The position numbers and the translations under genes were made by a program. This document shows positions 17,122 to 26,584 of a DNA stretch of 64,000 bases, piece by piece. The stretch is taken from the IMG/VR virus record IMGVR_UViG_3300010234_000007, positions 1-64,000 of that record, one strand, 5' to 3'. Origin of the DNA: a virus (taxonomy: Duplodnaviria; Caudoviricetes). How positions within the stretch are numbered: the first letter of the stretch is position 1; the number at the start of each line of letters is the position of its first letter. The notes beneath the pieces are model-generated. The model was not told the DNA's origin, made no database searches, and saw nothing but the letters and a program-made list of their open reading frames with translations.

Positions 17122-17464
17122 TAAGCGCGAAGATGGTGATTTCTGCCCTAGGTAGGTCTGGATCGACATCTCCCCGGGCGATTTCACATCTGACTTGTCT
17201 GTCATTTTCGTAAATTTTCCCCTGCATGCAATCTAGGATCAGGCTGATATCAAGGTCAGGGCGTCGCGATGCATACCACACATCCACGGCCACACCGATG
17301 TCTTCTGTGATCAGCGGGGACATGACCGGGCATTGTTCAGCGAAGGTCTTGAGATATGCCAGCGCCTTGGCTGACTTGATAAAGGCGGGCTTCCCGCGTA
17401 TAGTCACGAGCTTTCGGCTGTTAGCTTTGCTCGCAGGCTCGCCATCAACAGTGAATTTCAGCAT
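17069..17464 (-). CDS. rusA: RusA-like Holliday junction resolvase
   Basis: GEPASKAN, PDLD..LILDCMQG..YENDRQV, RAEITI. Confidence 0.85.
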   Translation of the reverse strand: MLKFTVDGEPASKANSRKLVTIRGKPAFIKSAKALAYLKTFAEQCPVMSPLITEDIGVAVDVWYASRRPDLDISLILDCMQGKIYENDRQVRCEIARGDVDPDLPRAEITIFALNDPGYYLAGNERFSWDE

Positions 17465-17478
17465 ATGGAGGCATCCTT

Positions 17479-17952
17479 ATGGATAACCCAAAGTCTAGCA
17501 CGTTCACGGTTGGTTCGTCAAACGTTCTCGATGAGATCGTCGCCGCCAGACCAGTGCCCCCGCGGGAGGGCCCGGAGTGGTACGTGTTCATCTTCCGCAC
17601 GCCGGGCAAGCAAACGTATGAGGATTGGCGCGGCATCCTCGCCCACAAATACGAGCTGGTGCAGTTCCTGAAAGATGAGGGGTTGCCACTTGTAGTGTGC
17701 AAGGCTGTCGGCAAGTCGCCTCATACATTCCGCAAGGAAGTCAGTCTGGGTGTCGCAGTCCCGCACTGGATACGCAGCGAGCTTGCTCTGCCTGAGGATT
17801 TGCACGGCGAGGGGAACTACGGTATGGAGATCGCTGGCAAGGTGATCAAGTGTTACCCCGTAAGAAGTTCGAAAGAACGGGTGGAGTGCGACGGGTTCTA
17901 CACCATCACAGGCCGTTGTGGCCGCTTGAAATTGGAGGCATTATGTTCGTAA
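17479..17952 (+). CDS. Hypothetical protein
   Basis: GGAGG SD. Confidence 0.7.
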   Translation: MDNPKSSTFTVGSSNVLDEIVAARPVPPREGPEWYVFIFRTPGKQTYEDWRGILAHKYELVQFLKDEGLPLVVCKAVGKSPHTFRKEVSLGVAVPHWIRSELALPEDLHGEGNYGMEIAGKVIKCYPVRSSKERVECDGFYTITGRCGRLKLEALCS

Positions 17953-18149
17953 CGAACTACATACAAGGGCGGATGGTGAAGCATTTCACCACAGTCCGAC
18001 GCTTGCCATGCACGGTTGAGTTCGATCTCAAGGGCCAGCGGGCCATCATCACACTCACTCAGAGAGAGGCTTATGTCTGGCACCAACGCGGCTACATCCA
18101 AGACGGCAAACTATCTGTGCCCGGCGTGCGGATGGACCGCATCACTTAA
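17943..18149 (+). CDS. Hypothetical protein
   Basis: GGAGG SD before MFVTNY. Confidence 0.55.
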   Translation: MFVTNYIQGRMVKHFTTVRRLPCTVEFDLKGQRAIITLTQREAYVWHQRGYIQDGKLSVPGVRMDRIT

Positions 18150-18267
18150 CGACGAAGAGCAAAAAACACGTGGCTCCGCTATGCTTTGTGGAGCGTGCGG
18201 GTCGCTCTATATCATATGGGAGAATTACGATGAGTGGAAAACTGCACGCTCAGGAACGGCTGCTTGA
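18073..18267 (+). CDS. Small Zn-ribbon protein (CPACG...CGACG)
   Basis: Two CxxC pairs; GAGG SD. Confidence 0.55.
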   Translation: MSGTNAATSKTANYLCPACGWTASLNDEEQKTRGSAMLCGACGSLYIIWENYDEWKTARSGTAA

Positions 18268-18595
18268 ACGCTTCGGGCTCGATGTTAGCTTCAGCGAGCT
18301 GATGGATATCAAGGCGCTCTGCGTAACTGCCAACCGCATCAGTCGCCCAGAACCTGATATGAGTATCCATGTGGTGCAGTACCGCGAGCAGTTCCTGCCC
18401 ATACTGATCCACGACGACGGGGAAAAGACACGGGTAGTCACATTCCTGAAGCCTGAATACCTCCTATCTTCGAACAAGAAAAACGTGCGTGCTGGGCATT
18501 TCCGACCGGGAAAGCAGAAGCGCACCAAGTCAAGCCACGCGCCACATTCCCGCCACGTTCGCAAAGGTCTCAATCGCCGTGAAATTAACGAATAA
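18230..18595 (+). CDS. Hypothetical protein (HAQERLLERFG), possible RelE/DUF4258-like fold
   Basis: GGGAG SD; HA.ER..ER motif. Confidence 0.55.
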   Translation: MSGKLHAQERLLERFGLDVSFSELMDIKALCVTANRISRPEPDMSIHVVQYREQFLPILIHDDGEKTRVVTFLKPEYLLSSNKKNVRAGHFRPGKQKRTKSSHAPHSRHVRKGLNRREINE

Positions 18596-19466
18596 GCACA
18601 ACATCCCGCAGCCGCTCGTTAATCTGGCGGAGAAGCGACACTACACCCGTGGCCGGTCTGATATCAGCGTAACGCAGATCATCGATGCGCCGCGTATAGC
18701 AGTGTTGCGTGAGCGCCACGAGGGTGAGGTCGTTGAGGATGTGGTGGACGGTTTATGGGCTCTGGTCGGGACGATGTTCCACAAGATCGCAGAGGAGGGC
18801 GCAGACGCCCAGCATCTGGCCGAGCAACGGCTATTTAAGCGGATTGAGGGGTGGTCCGTGTCTGGCGGTATCGATATTCAGATGCTGGCAGATGGCAAGG
18901 TGATGATCGCCGACTGGAAATTCACCTCTGCGTGGGCAGTCCAGAACTGGGAGAAGAATAAGTGGAAGGACCAGCTGGACACATACGCCTATCTCGTGAG
19001 GTCTGTGAAGGGTTGGGATGTCGTTGGTGCTGAGGTCTGGGCGTTTGTGCGAAACTGGTCACGCCACGACGCCGCGCGTGATCCTGATTACCCACAGGCG
19101 CAGGTGCACCGTGTTACGATCCCGTTACGAACGCCAGATGAGGCTGAGGCCTATGTACATGAACGTGTACGGGCGCATCAACTTGCTGACGCAACATACT
19201 CATTGGGGGAAGAGCTGCCAGAATGCAGCGACGAGGACCGGTGGGCTCGCGGCGGGCGTTGGTTTGCGAAGAAGCCAGCGAATAAGCGGCCTTCGTTCTG
19301 GGGTGCCGATAAGGCCGAGGTCGAGAAGAAAGTAGACGGGAGAGACGGGTATGTCATCGAGCAAGAACCCCACGAATACATTCGCTGCAAAGATAATTTT
19401 TGCGGCGTCGCCCAATTCTGCACCCAATGGCAGAAAAGCAATCCTAATGAAAAACCACCCGAGTGA
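18579..19466 (+). CDS. PD-(D/E)XK (Cas4/RecB-like) exonuclease
   Basis: GTMFH, SGGIDIQ, IADWKFTS, QLDTYAYL, terminal Cys cluster; GTG start. Confidence 0.85.
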   Translation: MKLTNKHNIPQPLVNLAEKRHYTRGRSDISVTQIIDAPRIAVLRERHEGEVVEDVVDGLWALVGTMFHKIAEEGADAQHLAEQRLFKRIEGWSVSGGIDIQMLADGKVMIADWKFTSAWAVQNWEKNKWKDQLDTYAYLVRSVKGWDVVGAEVWAFVRNWSRHDAARDPDYPQAQVHRVTIPLRTPDEAEAYVHERVRAHQLADATYSLGEELPECSDEDRWARGGRWFAKKPANKRPSFWGADKAEVEKKVDGRDGYVIEQEPHEYIRCKDNFCGVAQFCTQWQKSNPNEKPPE

Positions 19467-19701
19467 TACCTTCCCAGACGAGTATGTCGCCCTTTTGTTG
19501 TTCAAAGACCCTGAGTACCCTATAACGTTTCAGATGCCCTGCCTCAAAACAGGTGGCAGATTAAATGTAACCAATGTAATAGATGACGGGCAGACAGTAG
19601 AGTTGGTTCGTGGGTATATAGTTTTGCAAGACACGGAGGATGGTGATATGGTCATCAGAACTAATGTTCGCGGGATCACCGTTCCTCACCCACTGATGTA
19701 G
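19447..19701 (+). CDS. Hypothetical protein
   Basis: Start MKNHPS; fills gap. Confidence 0.5.
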   Translation: MKNHPSDTFPDEYVALLLFKDPEYPITFQMPCLKTGGRLNVTNVIDDGQTVELVRGYIVLQDTEDGDMVIRTNVRGITVPHPLM

Positions 19702-19707
19702 GCATAT

Positions 19708-20454
19708 ATGAAAACCCTCCCTAAAGTACTCAAGACTATCCGCGATGAGATCGGGCCACTCAGCAAGGATGACCGTAATGCCCACTTCAAGTTCAGCTAT
19801 GTGCCCATCGATGATTTCTATGAGAAAGTCGCGAGCGTAGCGCTCAAACATGGGCTGGTGTGGCGTCTCTATGAGGCCGATGCGGTGAGTACCGCGGCCA
19901 ACATGCTGGTCATCCCGTATCGCGTCGATCTGTTCTGGGCAGATGATTGGCATGAATGGGACAGGATCACCATCATGCACCCGGCACAGGGCGCTCAGAC
20001 GGCAGGTGCTGCAAGATCGTATGCAGAGAAAATCTTCATGCGCCACCTCTTCAAGATCGTCACAGGTGAAGCTGACAGCGATGGCACAGCAGGTATTGTG
20101 GCCGACAACACGCCTATCGTGATGGATCAGCCGACCAAGGGCCATGTCGGTGAGCCTGATGAGGCCCCGGTTGGCCAAATCCCCCCGGAAGCCGTCAAGC
20201 GCGTCGTTGATCGGATCGAGGGCAAGGTCTCGCCGATCTTCAAGAGGCGCGTCAGTGACGCAGACAAGGAGCTGGTGTACCAAGTGTTCCAGAAGTTCAT
20301 GCCTCTGCAAAAGTCTGTGAAGGACCTCGCGGAGTGGCGTAAGATGAACGCCGACGTGATGGACTTGTTCCAAGAAGAAGACGCGGTGCTGTATGCCCGC
20401 ATTACCAAGCTTTTCACGAAGCGTAAAGGAGAAGTGAAGAATGACACAGTATAA
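19708..20454 (+). CDS. erf: ERF-family ssDNA annealing protein
   Basis: KDDRNAHFKFSY, AQTAGAARSYAEK, DSDG. Confidence 0.85.
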   Translation: MKTLPKVLKTIRDEIGPLSKDDRNAHFKFSYVPIDDFYEKVASVALKHGLVWRLYEADAVSTAANMLVIPYRVDLFWADDWHEWDRITIMHPAQGAQTAGAARSYAEKIFMRHLFKIVTGEADSDGTAGIVADNTPIVMDQPTKGHVGEPDEAPVGQIPPEAVKRVVDRIEGKVSPIFKRRVSDADKELVYQVFQKFMPLQKSVKDLAEWRKMNADVMDLFQEEDAVLYARITKLFTKRKGEVKNDTV

Positions 20455-20716
20455 TGATGACGATACCGGCGTTCTCTTTCAGAACCGCGAGAAGCAGGGG
20501 AAGCAGCCCGACTACACGGGCCGCATCCAGTTGTCCAAGGACCTACTGCGCGGTCTCGTCGCAGGGCTGAACGATGGCAATGATGCTATTGTGGAGGTTG
20601 CTGGGTGGAAAAAGCAAGGCCCCAAGGCCGGAGAGTTTCTGTCCCTAAGCGCCCAGCTTCCGCGCAAGAAGGAAGCCAAGCCTGAGGCGGATTTCGAGGA
20701 TGAAATCCCTTTCTAG
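20441..20716 (+). CDS. ssb: Phage ssDNA-binding protein
   Basis: GVLFQN.EK..KQPDYTG, AGWKK, acidic DEIPF tail. Confidence 0.8.
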   Translation: MTQYNDDDTGVLFQNREKQGKQPDYTGRIQLSKDLLRGLVAGLNDGNDAIVEVAGWKKQGPKAGEFLSLSAQLPRKKEAKPEADFEDEIPF

Positions 20717-20724
20717 GAGGAACT

Positions 20725-21567
20725 ATGAAGACCGAACGCACTGTGGCCTATGTGCCATCACTCCACCCCATCGCCCGTTCCATGATCTGGGAGGGCCTGC
20801 CCTACACCACCAAGTCACGCAGGGTTTCTCGTTCCTTGCAGAAGGACTTCCATAAAATTCACCAGTACATCGCCGACAATGTTATCGCTGGGGGCAGCAT
20901 CACTGGCGAAGAATTGCAGCAAGCCACGGGCGTCAGCCGCAATGCCATCATCCGGTCCCTCCGGGGGCTCCATGGCCTGCTTGGCGTCAAGATGCACGCC
21001 GACACCTCATTCGGGCCGTATACTTCTCGGTTCGCGCGACCCCCTTTCGGCGCGGCATGGCAGAAGAAAATCCGCCGCTTCTACGATGACTTCATCACGT
21101 ATGGCGAAGATACCAGTAAGATGTATTACGTCAGCGCGAAGATACCGACGGGTATCAACCTGTATCAGCGCTGGTCGGCAGACGGCTGGGGCGTCGATAA
21201 GCTGCCAGCGGCAACAGAGCCTGAACTAGTATTCGAGCTGAAGCCCAATCCCGCCGACGCCAAACCCCTCAATGAGCTGCTCGAAGAAAGCATCCCCAAC
21301 ATGCTGGCGGACATGAAGAGCCACGGCATCGAGCTGAGCGTGGAAGACGGCGATCTGCTGGTCAGCTATAGCTCAGAGCTTTGGTGGGACCAGTATCGTG
21401 AATGGACCACCAAGAACAAGGCGAAGCTGCTTGATCATTTCGCCCGGCCAGTCACCAAGCTGAAACAGCGTCACGTCGTGCCTTCCGCCCCGGAAGCCGA
21501 CCTGTACCCGGTCGTCATCCCGGCGTCCGCCAAGGACACCGGCATTGTCATCCGGTTCGAGGAGTAA
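20725..21567 (+). CDS. Hypothetical protein with HTH-like segment
   Basis: ITGEELQQATGVSRNAIIRSL. Confidence 0.65.
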   Translation: MKTERTVAYVPSLHPIARSMIWEGLPYTTKSRRVSRSLQKDFHKIHQYIADNVIAGGSITGEELQQATGVSRNAIIRSLRGLHGLLGVKMHADTSFGPYTSRFARPPFGAAWQKKIRRFYDDFITYGEDTSKMYYVSAKIPTGINLYQRWSADGWGVDKLPAATEPELVFELKPNPADAKPLNELLEESIPNMLADMKSHGIELSVEDGDLLVSYSSELWWDQYREWTTKNKAKLLDHFARPVTKLKQRHVVPSAPEADLYPVVIPASAKDTGIVIRFEE

Positions 21568-21820
21568 CGAGAAGCGTCTACGGTGGGTGCGTGAGCAGCC
21601 GTGTTTGGTATGCGGGACCTCTCCGTCCCAAGCTCACCACCTACTAAAGCCGCCAGATCAGAGCAGGGGGATGGGCATGAAGGCGCGAGATCGCTGGACT
21701 GTCCCCCTCTGCGCTGATCATCACCATGCGCTTCATATGCATGGTAACGAACATCAGTACTTCGCGCTGGAAGGCGTTGATCATTTAGATTGGATGGCAG
21801 AACATGATGACGGAGAATGA
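21545..21820 (+). CDS. DUF968-like Zn-binding HNH-related protein
   Basis: CLVCG..AHH...VPLCADHH.ALH. Confidence 0.75.
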   Translation: MSSGSRSNEKRLRWVREQPCLVCGTSPSQAHHLLKPPDQSRGMGMKARDRWTVPLCADHHHALHMHGNEHQYFALEGVDHLDWMAEHDDGE

Positions 21821-22058
21821 ATTTGAGAAGTGGATCATCGACAAGACCCAGCGCCGGATTGTGTACTTCACAGGCGTGCTAGCGTCTGCCAGAGACCGGT
21901 GCAAGCCTGATATGTCGCAATCCCCGCAGACCGTTGCGCTAAACCACATAGCCAACACGCTTTATGAGATGGCCCAACAAGGGCAGGTGGTGCTCGCACA
22001 GAAACGACTGAAGGCAAACCGCTATGAATATATCGCGTGGAAAACCGAGGCATTTTAA
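21804..22058 (+). CDS. Hypothetical protein
   Basis: ORF track; coupled. Confidence 0.65.
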   Translation: MMTENEFEKWIIDKTQRRIVYFTGVLASARDRCKPDMSQSPQTVALNHIANTLYEMAQQGQVVLAQKRLKANRYEYIAWKTEAF

Positions 22059-22264
22059 CCAAATCAGCTTGGAGGTTTTATGGCCCGATGTGTACCCCAG
22101 CAGGTCTGCAGCGGTAGGAGCGATGCTTAAGTTCCACGAGGGTGATACAGCCGCTGGTCTTGGGTTCCTTGTTTTGACCAGCGACGGGCATTTCCGGGTC
22201 GGCGCTAATCGTCAGATAGTGGCCGAAAAAAACGGCAGGAGACCGCTTTGGTGGCGGAGGTAGT

Positions 22265-22720
22265 ATGAAGACAACGACTAACCCAGATGACATCCGCGAG
22301 CGCACCGGCATCCAGTTGGAGTTGTCAAAGAACGCCGTGAACCAATCCAAGAGCGGCGGCATGACGATCAAGTTCGAGGTTGATCCTGCCGAGGTGCCGA
22401 GTGATCTACTCGCCGCCCCGCTTAACACGCGGTACATGGCTGTCTTGGTGGAGATCGCCGAGCATGGAGAGATGGTTGTCCCGCGTAGTGTGGAAGAGGG
22501 TGAGCTTGCGGTGAAGCGAGCTGTGATGCTCTGCACGGACGAGGAGTTTCAGTCGTTTATGAATTGCGACACCCCGGAAGATGCTGCTATCGGCCTGCGT
22601 AAACTTCTGAACATCTCCTCACGGGCAGACCTGAAGGACGATGAGCGTGCGCAGAAAAAGTTCGACGAGCTACGTAACGACTTTCTGGCGTGGCGCAAAG
22701 GAGGTAAGCCCGTATGGTGA
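22265..22720 (+). CDS. Conserved phage hypothetical protein
   Basis: GGAGG SD. Confidence 0.8.
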   Translation: MKTTTNPDDIRERTGIQLELSKNAVNQSKSGGMTIKFEVDPAEVPSDLLAAPLNTRYMAVLVEIAEHGEMVVPRSVEEGELAVKRAVMLCTDEEFQSFMNCDTPEDAAIGLRKLLNISSRADLKDDERAQKKFDELRNDFLAWRKGGKPVW

Positions 22721-22971
22721 AGAAAACGGTAACGTCCGCTATACCAGTGGAGTTGTGGGAGAAGATGCAGAAGAGTGGTGAGAGCATCTCAGCCTGCATC
22801 GCCTCTGCGTGCGCTGAGAAGTTTGATGCGGCGAACCACCGCAGTGCATCGGTCGAGGACATATGCGAGTTTCTTGAGGCAACATACACCAACGTCGTGG
22901 ATCGCCAGACCCTTGGCAGTCGTATCGCTCTGAGGATCAGGGCTGAATTTGGAGAAAAGACAGATGGCTAA
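22714..22971 (+). CDS. Small protein, possible ribbon-helix-helix DNA binder
   Basis: KKTVTSAIPVELWEKM pattern; GGAGG SD. Confidence 0.55.
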   Translation: MVKKTVTSAIPVELWEKMQKSGESISACIASACAEKFDAANHRSASVEDICEFLEATYTNVVDRQTLGSRIALRIRAEFGEKTDG

Positions 22972-23518
22972 AAAACGCATGAACCGCAGCATCCGCGAGG
23001 ACCTGAAGGTGCTTGCCCGCAACTTGGTAACCTGCCCGGATGAGGGGAAAGCCGAGGACGCGGCGTACAAGAAGGCAGTGCGGGGCATCCGCCCAGCCGT
23101 GGAGAAAAGATGGCCCGCAAAAGAAATGGCCATCCTGAAGAAGCATGAGTGTGGCAGAGAATACGCTCATGTTCCAATCGCCAGTGCCGACGGGGGTATT
23201 TCTGAATTTATTTTCAAACCGGATGAAGAGATATACAGGCCCGGTGGATACAGCCGCAAGATGTTGCCTGTCACAAATGCAGTCTATGAAGCGGTGGAGG
23301 ACTGGCGGAAAGCGGTGAGCGCGCATGAAAAAGCGCTGACGAAGAAGCTCGATGATTACACCGCGCTGATCTTCTCAGTGAAGTACTTCGAGGACATCGT
23401 GGAGATTTGGCCTGAAGCCATGCGGTGTTCCCCCAGCGCCATCCAGCTGCCGGTCGTGTCAGATGATGTGGTGAACCGCGTTAAGGCCGATGTTGCCTTG
23501 CGGAGTAAGGGGTCATGA
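22964..23518 (+). CDS. Nmad5-like protein
   Basis: C-terminal ALIFS.K.FEDIVEIWPEA...LPV pattern recalled for Nmad5. Confidence 0.6.
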   Translation: MAKKRMNRSIREDLKVLARNLVTCPDEGKAEDAAYKKAVRGIRPAVEKRWPAKEMAILKKHECGREYAHVPIASADGGISEFIFKPDEEIYRPGGYSRKMLPVTNAVYEAVEDWRKAVSAHEKALTKKLDDYTALIFSVKYFEDIVEIWPEAMRCSPSAIQLPVVSDDVVNRVKADVALRSKGS

Positions 23519-24225
23519 CTGACCCCGACGACCTGTTGCGCGAAGCGGACGAACAGGCTGCGATGTATGGCGAAGAGCAGGACATCGCACCAGCGAAAAC
23601 GCTTTATGGTTTACTAGCCGTCCGTATCCGCGCTGACGGTGCCGAATTAGCCGCCTATTACAGACAGGTAGATAGGATGGTCGCCCGCATCCGCGAGTTG
23701 GAGACGGCTGCAATAGACAGCCAGACTGACACCACATGGCGCAGTCAAGTGCTTGCCGCGGAGAATGCTGCCGGAGAAGCCGAGGCACGCGCTGCGGTGC
23801 TTGTTGCTGCCGCCGAGGCCAAGGCTGCGGCGCTGGAAAGCCAGTTAGCAGTCATAGAAGAAGACGGCACCAAAGAGCATAACGCAGCGATCAAGTTACG
23901 GACTGAGGTTGCGGCGCTGCGAGAGGCGTTGGAAATTCTGCTCGAAACCTGTGCGTGCCAAAACGGCTGTGACCCGGACGACATGACGTGCGCAACCAAT
24001 TTCGCACGCGCCGCCCGCGCCGCAACGGAGCAGGAAGCCGAGGGGTTGAAACCACAGGTCCGCGATTACGACAACACGCCAAGCGCGGCGCAGGTTATGA
24101 AAGACCATTTCTTCCCGGAAGCCAAGACGCCGTGCCCGGATTGTGGGGATACGGGGTATAACCTTGGCGACCCTGTGAGTGGCCCCTGCCCCAACGGCTG
24201 TAAAGGCAGAGGGGAGGCGTCATGA
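23515..24225 (+). CDS. Mosaic hypothetical protein (coiled coil + CxxC motifs)
   Basis: ATGA coupling. Confidence 0.65.
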   Translation: MTDPDDLLREADEQAAMYGEEQDIAPAKTLYGLLAVRIRADGAELAAYYRQVDRMVARIRELETAAIDSQTDTTWRSQVLAAENAAGEAEARAAVLVAAAEAKAAALESQLAVIEEDGTKEHNAAIKLRTEVAALREALEILLETCACQNGCDPDDMTCATNFARAARAATEQEAEGLKPQVRDYDNTPSAAQVMKDHFFPEAKTPCPDCGDTGYNLGDPVSGPCPNGCKGRGEAS

Positions 24226-24506
24226 CCGATGAGATGGACGCGCTGGCGGTGGAATTGGCAGAAGAGGCGGTTCTGCACGATCTGCCCACGGCTTATGAGT
24301 TTCTGGCGGCGTTATTCCGTCTTGGCTACACCATCGCGCCGCCCGGTAGCGTGGTGGTGCCGAGGGAGCCGACAGAGGCGATGCTGAATGCAGCACGCGA
24401 CTGGTCGCTTGAGAAGTATGGCGTGGGTGTCGGGAATGATGGCGCTACTGGCTGCTACCGCGCCATGATCGCAGCGGCGGAGAAGGGGAAGGACGATGGC
24501 GCGTAA
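24222..24506 (+). CDS. Hypothetical protein (VVVPREPTEAML motif)
   Basis: GGAGG SD; common phage motif. Confidence 0.75.
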   Translation: MTDEMDALAVELAEEAVLHDLPTAYEFLAALFRLGYTIAPPGSVVVPREPTEAMLNAARDWSLEKYGVGVGNDGATGCYRAMIAAAEKGKDDGA

Positions 24507-24990
24507 CCCACCACCTATCAGACCGAGGCCGGTCTTACGCAGCGCATTGCGCCGTAAGGCTGAAGAGCGACGCGCCCGGCGCGAGCGCGGCACAATGCCC
24601 CTCGCCAAGCTCCATGAACACAAGCATGCTACGGACAAGTACTACGTCACCGTGCGTCTCCGCGGTGAGAAGCACGACACATATCTAACTGACTACGCAT
24701 CTCTTGATATCGCCGAGCGAGTGGAGATGAGCTGGAATTTGCACCGTCACCAGAGCGTCCGCGTTCTGGAGGCATTACTTGAAGGAGAGGAAGATGAGTA
24801 CACTGCCCAAGGAAGTTCTGGAAGTCCCACAACCCGTGGACAAGACACCCCTGCTGACCTACGCGACGCAGCTGGTCTACAAGCAGGAGATTCGGCACCT
24901 GCAGAAATGCCTGACGAAGAAGAAGAGGAGCAATCGCTTGTTGCGGGCCGAGAACGAGATGCTGCGGAAAGAGCTTGGCGAGAAGATTGA
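24496..24990 (+). CDS. Hypothetical protein
   Basis: ORF track; 3' part overlaps next gene. Confidence 0.55.
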   Translation: MARNPPPIRPRPVLRSALRRKAEERRARRERGTMPLAKLHEHKHATDKYYVTVRLRGEKHDTYLTDYASLDIAERVEMSWNLHRHQSVRVLEALLEGEEDEYTAQGSSGSPTTRGQDTPADLRDAAGLQAGDSAPAEMPDEEEEEQSLVAGRERDAAERAWRED

Positions 24991-25084
24991 TCAGGTCCGC
25001 TCCATGCGTGGTAAGAAGGCTGAAGCCCGGACAATCCCGATCCGTTCGCTGTCTCAGCCGGTGAAGCTGCAGGCGCGCATCTGA
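24794..25084 (+). CDS. Coiled-coil hypothetical protein
   Basis: GAGG SD before MSTLPK. Confidence 0.6.
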   Translation: MSTLPKEVLEVPQPVDKTPLLTYATQLVYKQEIRHLQKCLTKKKRSNRLLRAENEMLRKELGEKIDQVRSMRGKKAEARTIPIRSLSQPVKLQARI

Positions 25085-25329
25085 TGTGCCAGAAGCTTAT
25101 CATTGATGGTCAAGAGTGCGATACCCTTGGCGATCTCTGCGCTGTCGTGGGGGAGACTTGCGTCTTCCCCATCGGCATGTTTCCCATCAGCCGCCTACGT
25201 GATGACACGTCCTGCCTGTGCCCGGTGAACCTTGAGGTGACCGTAGCGTTGGCGGGCTTGAGTGTAGTGCATATCGGCACCACAGATCATGACATCGTTG
25301 TGACGGCGACTAAGCAGCCGGTGAATTGA
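25084..25329 (+). CDS. Cys-rich hypothetical protein
   Basis: TGATG coupling. Confidence 0.55.
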   Translation: MCQKLIIDGQECDTLGDLCAVVGETCVFPIGMFPISRLRDDTSCLCPVNLEVTVALAGLSVVHIGTTDHDIVVTATKQPVN

Positions 25330-25598
25330 CCGCGATGAAAATCGCGCCAGAAATATTCGTTACCAGCACAGTGGATAGTGAGGAAGGCACTGACGCTGTG
25401 TTTCTGGGTGCGTTTGTCCCTAGAGATGATGAGGATGAGTTTAATCGATTTTGGGAGGGGTCGGTTTTTTTGGTACGCATGGAGCGTGCCGGGATCGGCG
25501 TTGCAGGAGATTTCTGCCGTGATTTGCCTGATGATTTCAGGCTGATACGAGGCGCTAGCATTCCTTCTTATGCAGAACGTTATTACGGGCGATCCTGA
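25326..25598 (+). CDS. Hypothetical protein
   Basis: ORF track; coupled. Confidence 0.5.
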   Translation: MTAMKIAPEIFVTSTVDSEEGTDAVFLGAFVPRDDEDEFNRFWEGSVFLVRMERAGIGVAGDFCRDLPDDFRLIRGASIPSYAERYYGRS

Positions 25599-25764
25599 TT
25601 AATGTCGTTTTCTTCAGGACACGATGCTTCTTCAGCCCGGACTTCTCCTCTTTGTCGAAGCATATTTCCATATACTCACGAGACAGGCCTTCTGGACTAC
25701 CATCCCCGGCGCATGCCGCGAGGCTAAAGATGCTTATCAATGATATCATCATAGCTTTCATCAC
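25555..25764 (-). CDS. o-spanin-like lipoprotein (Rz1-like)
   Basis: Signal peptide with lipobox LAAC; overlaps i-spanin-like gene. Confidence 0.7.
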   Translation of the reverse strand: MMKAMMISLISIFSLAACAGDGSPEGLSREYMEICFDKEEKSGLKKHRVLKKTTLIRIARNNVLHKKEC

Positions 25765-25942
25765 GAAGCTCCTTCTCTTTTGCGTCAGCGGCATCGCGTC
25801 TACGCGCGACTTCTTCTTGGTTTCGCTTGCGGATTGCGTTTTTACCCGCGCTCATACCACGTAGGTAGATCGTGGCGACAAACGCCATGGCGGCGAGGAT
25901 GCCGCCTACGATCCAAGCGAGTTTCGATTTCAAGAACAACAT
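25724..25942 (-). CDS. i-spanin-like protein (Rz-like)
   Basis: N-terminal TM helix followed by charged coiled coil. Confidence 0.7.
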   Translation of the reverse strand: MLFLKSKLAWIVGGILAAMAFVATIYLRGMSAGKNAIRKRNQEEVARRRDAADAKEKELRDESYDDIIDKHL

Positions 25943-25964
25943 GAGCAGTCCTTAGGAGGGTGAG

Positions 25965-26198
25965 ATGAGTGATGTAAATCACATAGCATTATATTACGAC
26001 GAAACCCACATGACCCTCGATATAATACGGCTGGCTGGTATCGCTAATGATCGTTTGCTTTACAATGATTGTTTGCTTTACATAGACAACGATGGGACCT
26101 TAGTGTGGATGAAAGGGGATACGACTGGTATGTCCCCCAACACCGCGCTGGCGTTTAGGAGGAACTGGTCATATGGAAAAGACTGTGAAGAAAACTGA
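25965..26198 (+). CDS. Mini-protein family-like (LYIDNDGTLVW)
   Basis: TAGGAGG SD; AT-richer than flanks. Confidence 0.65.
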   Translation: MSDVNHIALYYDETHMTLDIIRLAGIANDRLLYNDCLLYIDNDGTLVWMKGDTTGMSPNTALAFRRNWSYGKDCEEN

Positions 26199-26397
26199 GG
26201 TCAAGATATCGCTGGAAAAATATGGTGAGGATGAGGTTAATGTGTATTTCGATTTTACAGGGTCAACCTTTGCCACCGCGACACTGATTTGTGACCTTTC
26301 CCCCCGTCCAGATGGGCCGACACGTTTATGGTGTTACCATAACCGCCTCCCACCCAACGTAACGTTAAGGATGCATCATGCTGTTCGTCTTCCTTGA
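26173..26397 (+). CDS. Small hypothetical protein, mini-protein family-like
   Basis: AGGAGG upstream; overlap coupling. Confidence 0.55.
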   Translation: MEKTVKKTEVKISLEKYGEDEVNVYFDFTGSTFATATLICDLSPRPDGPTRLWCYHNRLPPNVTLRMHHAVRLP

Positions 26398-26584
26398 GAA
26401 CTTCGGAGGCGGTGATGTCCGTGTAACGGCGACGCCGAGAGAGAATGGGTTCACCCCCGGAGCGATGACGCCAATAGTGTCTTTCCGTTACAATGGCCGG
26501 GTGATTAAGACTGGTCCGTGGGGGTTCGACACGGATTTAATCTGGGACCGTGTAGAAACGGCGAAACCGGCGATCCCCTTCTAG
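26378..26584 (+). CDS. Mini-protein family-like (VSFRYNGRVIK)
   Basis: AAGGA SD. Confidence 0.6.
   Translation: MLFVFLENFGGGDVRVTATPRENGFTPGAMTPIVSFRYNGRVIKTGPWGFDTDLIWDRVETAKPAIPF

Noticed and set aside
18579-19466. Cas4 indicating a CRISPR system
   Set aside because: Sits with ERF and SSB in a recombination module; typical stand-alone phage exonuclease.
22964-23518. Nmad5-like gene plus dCMP deaminase as evidence of a DNA-modification pathway
   Set aside because: No base-modifying enzymes or polymerase in the window; both genes are common without modification.
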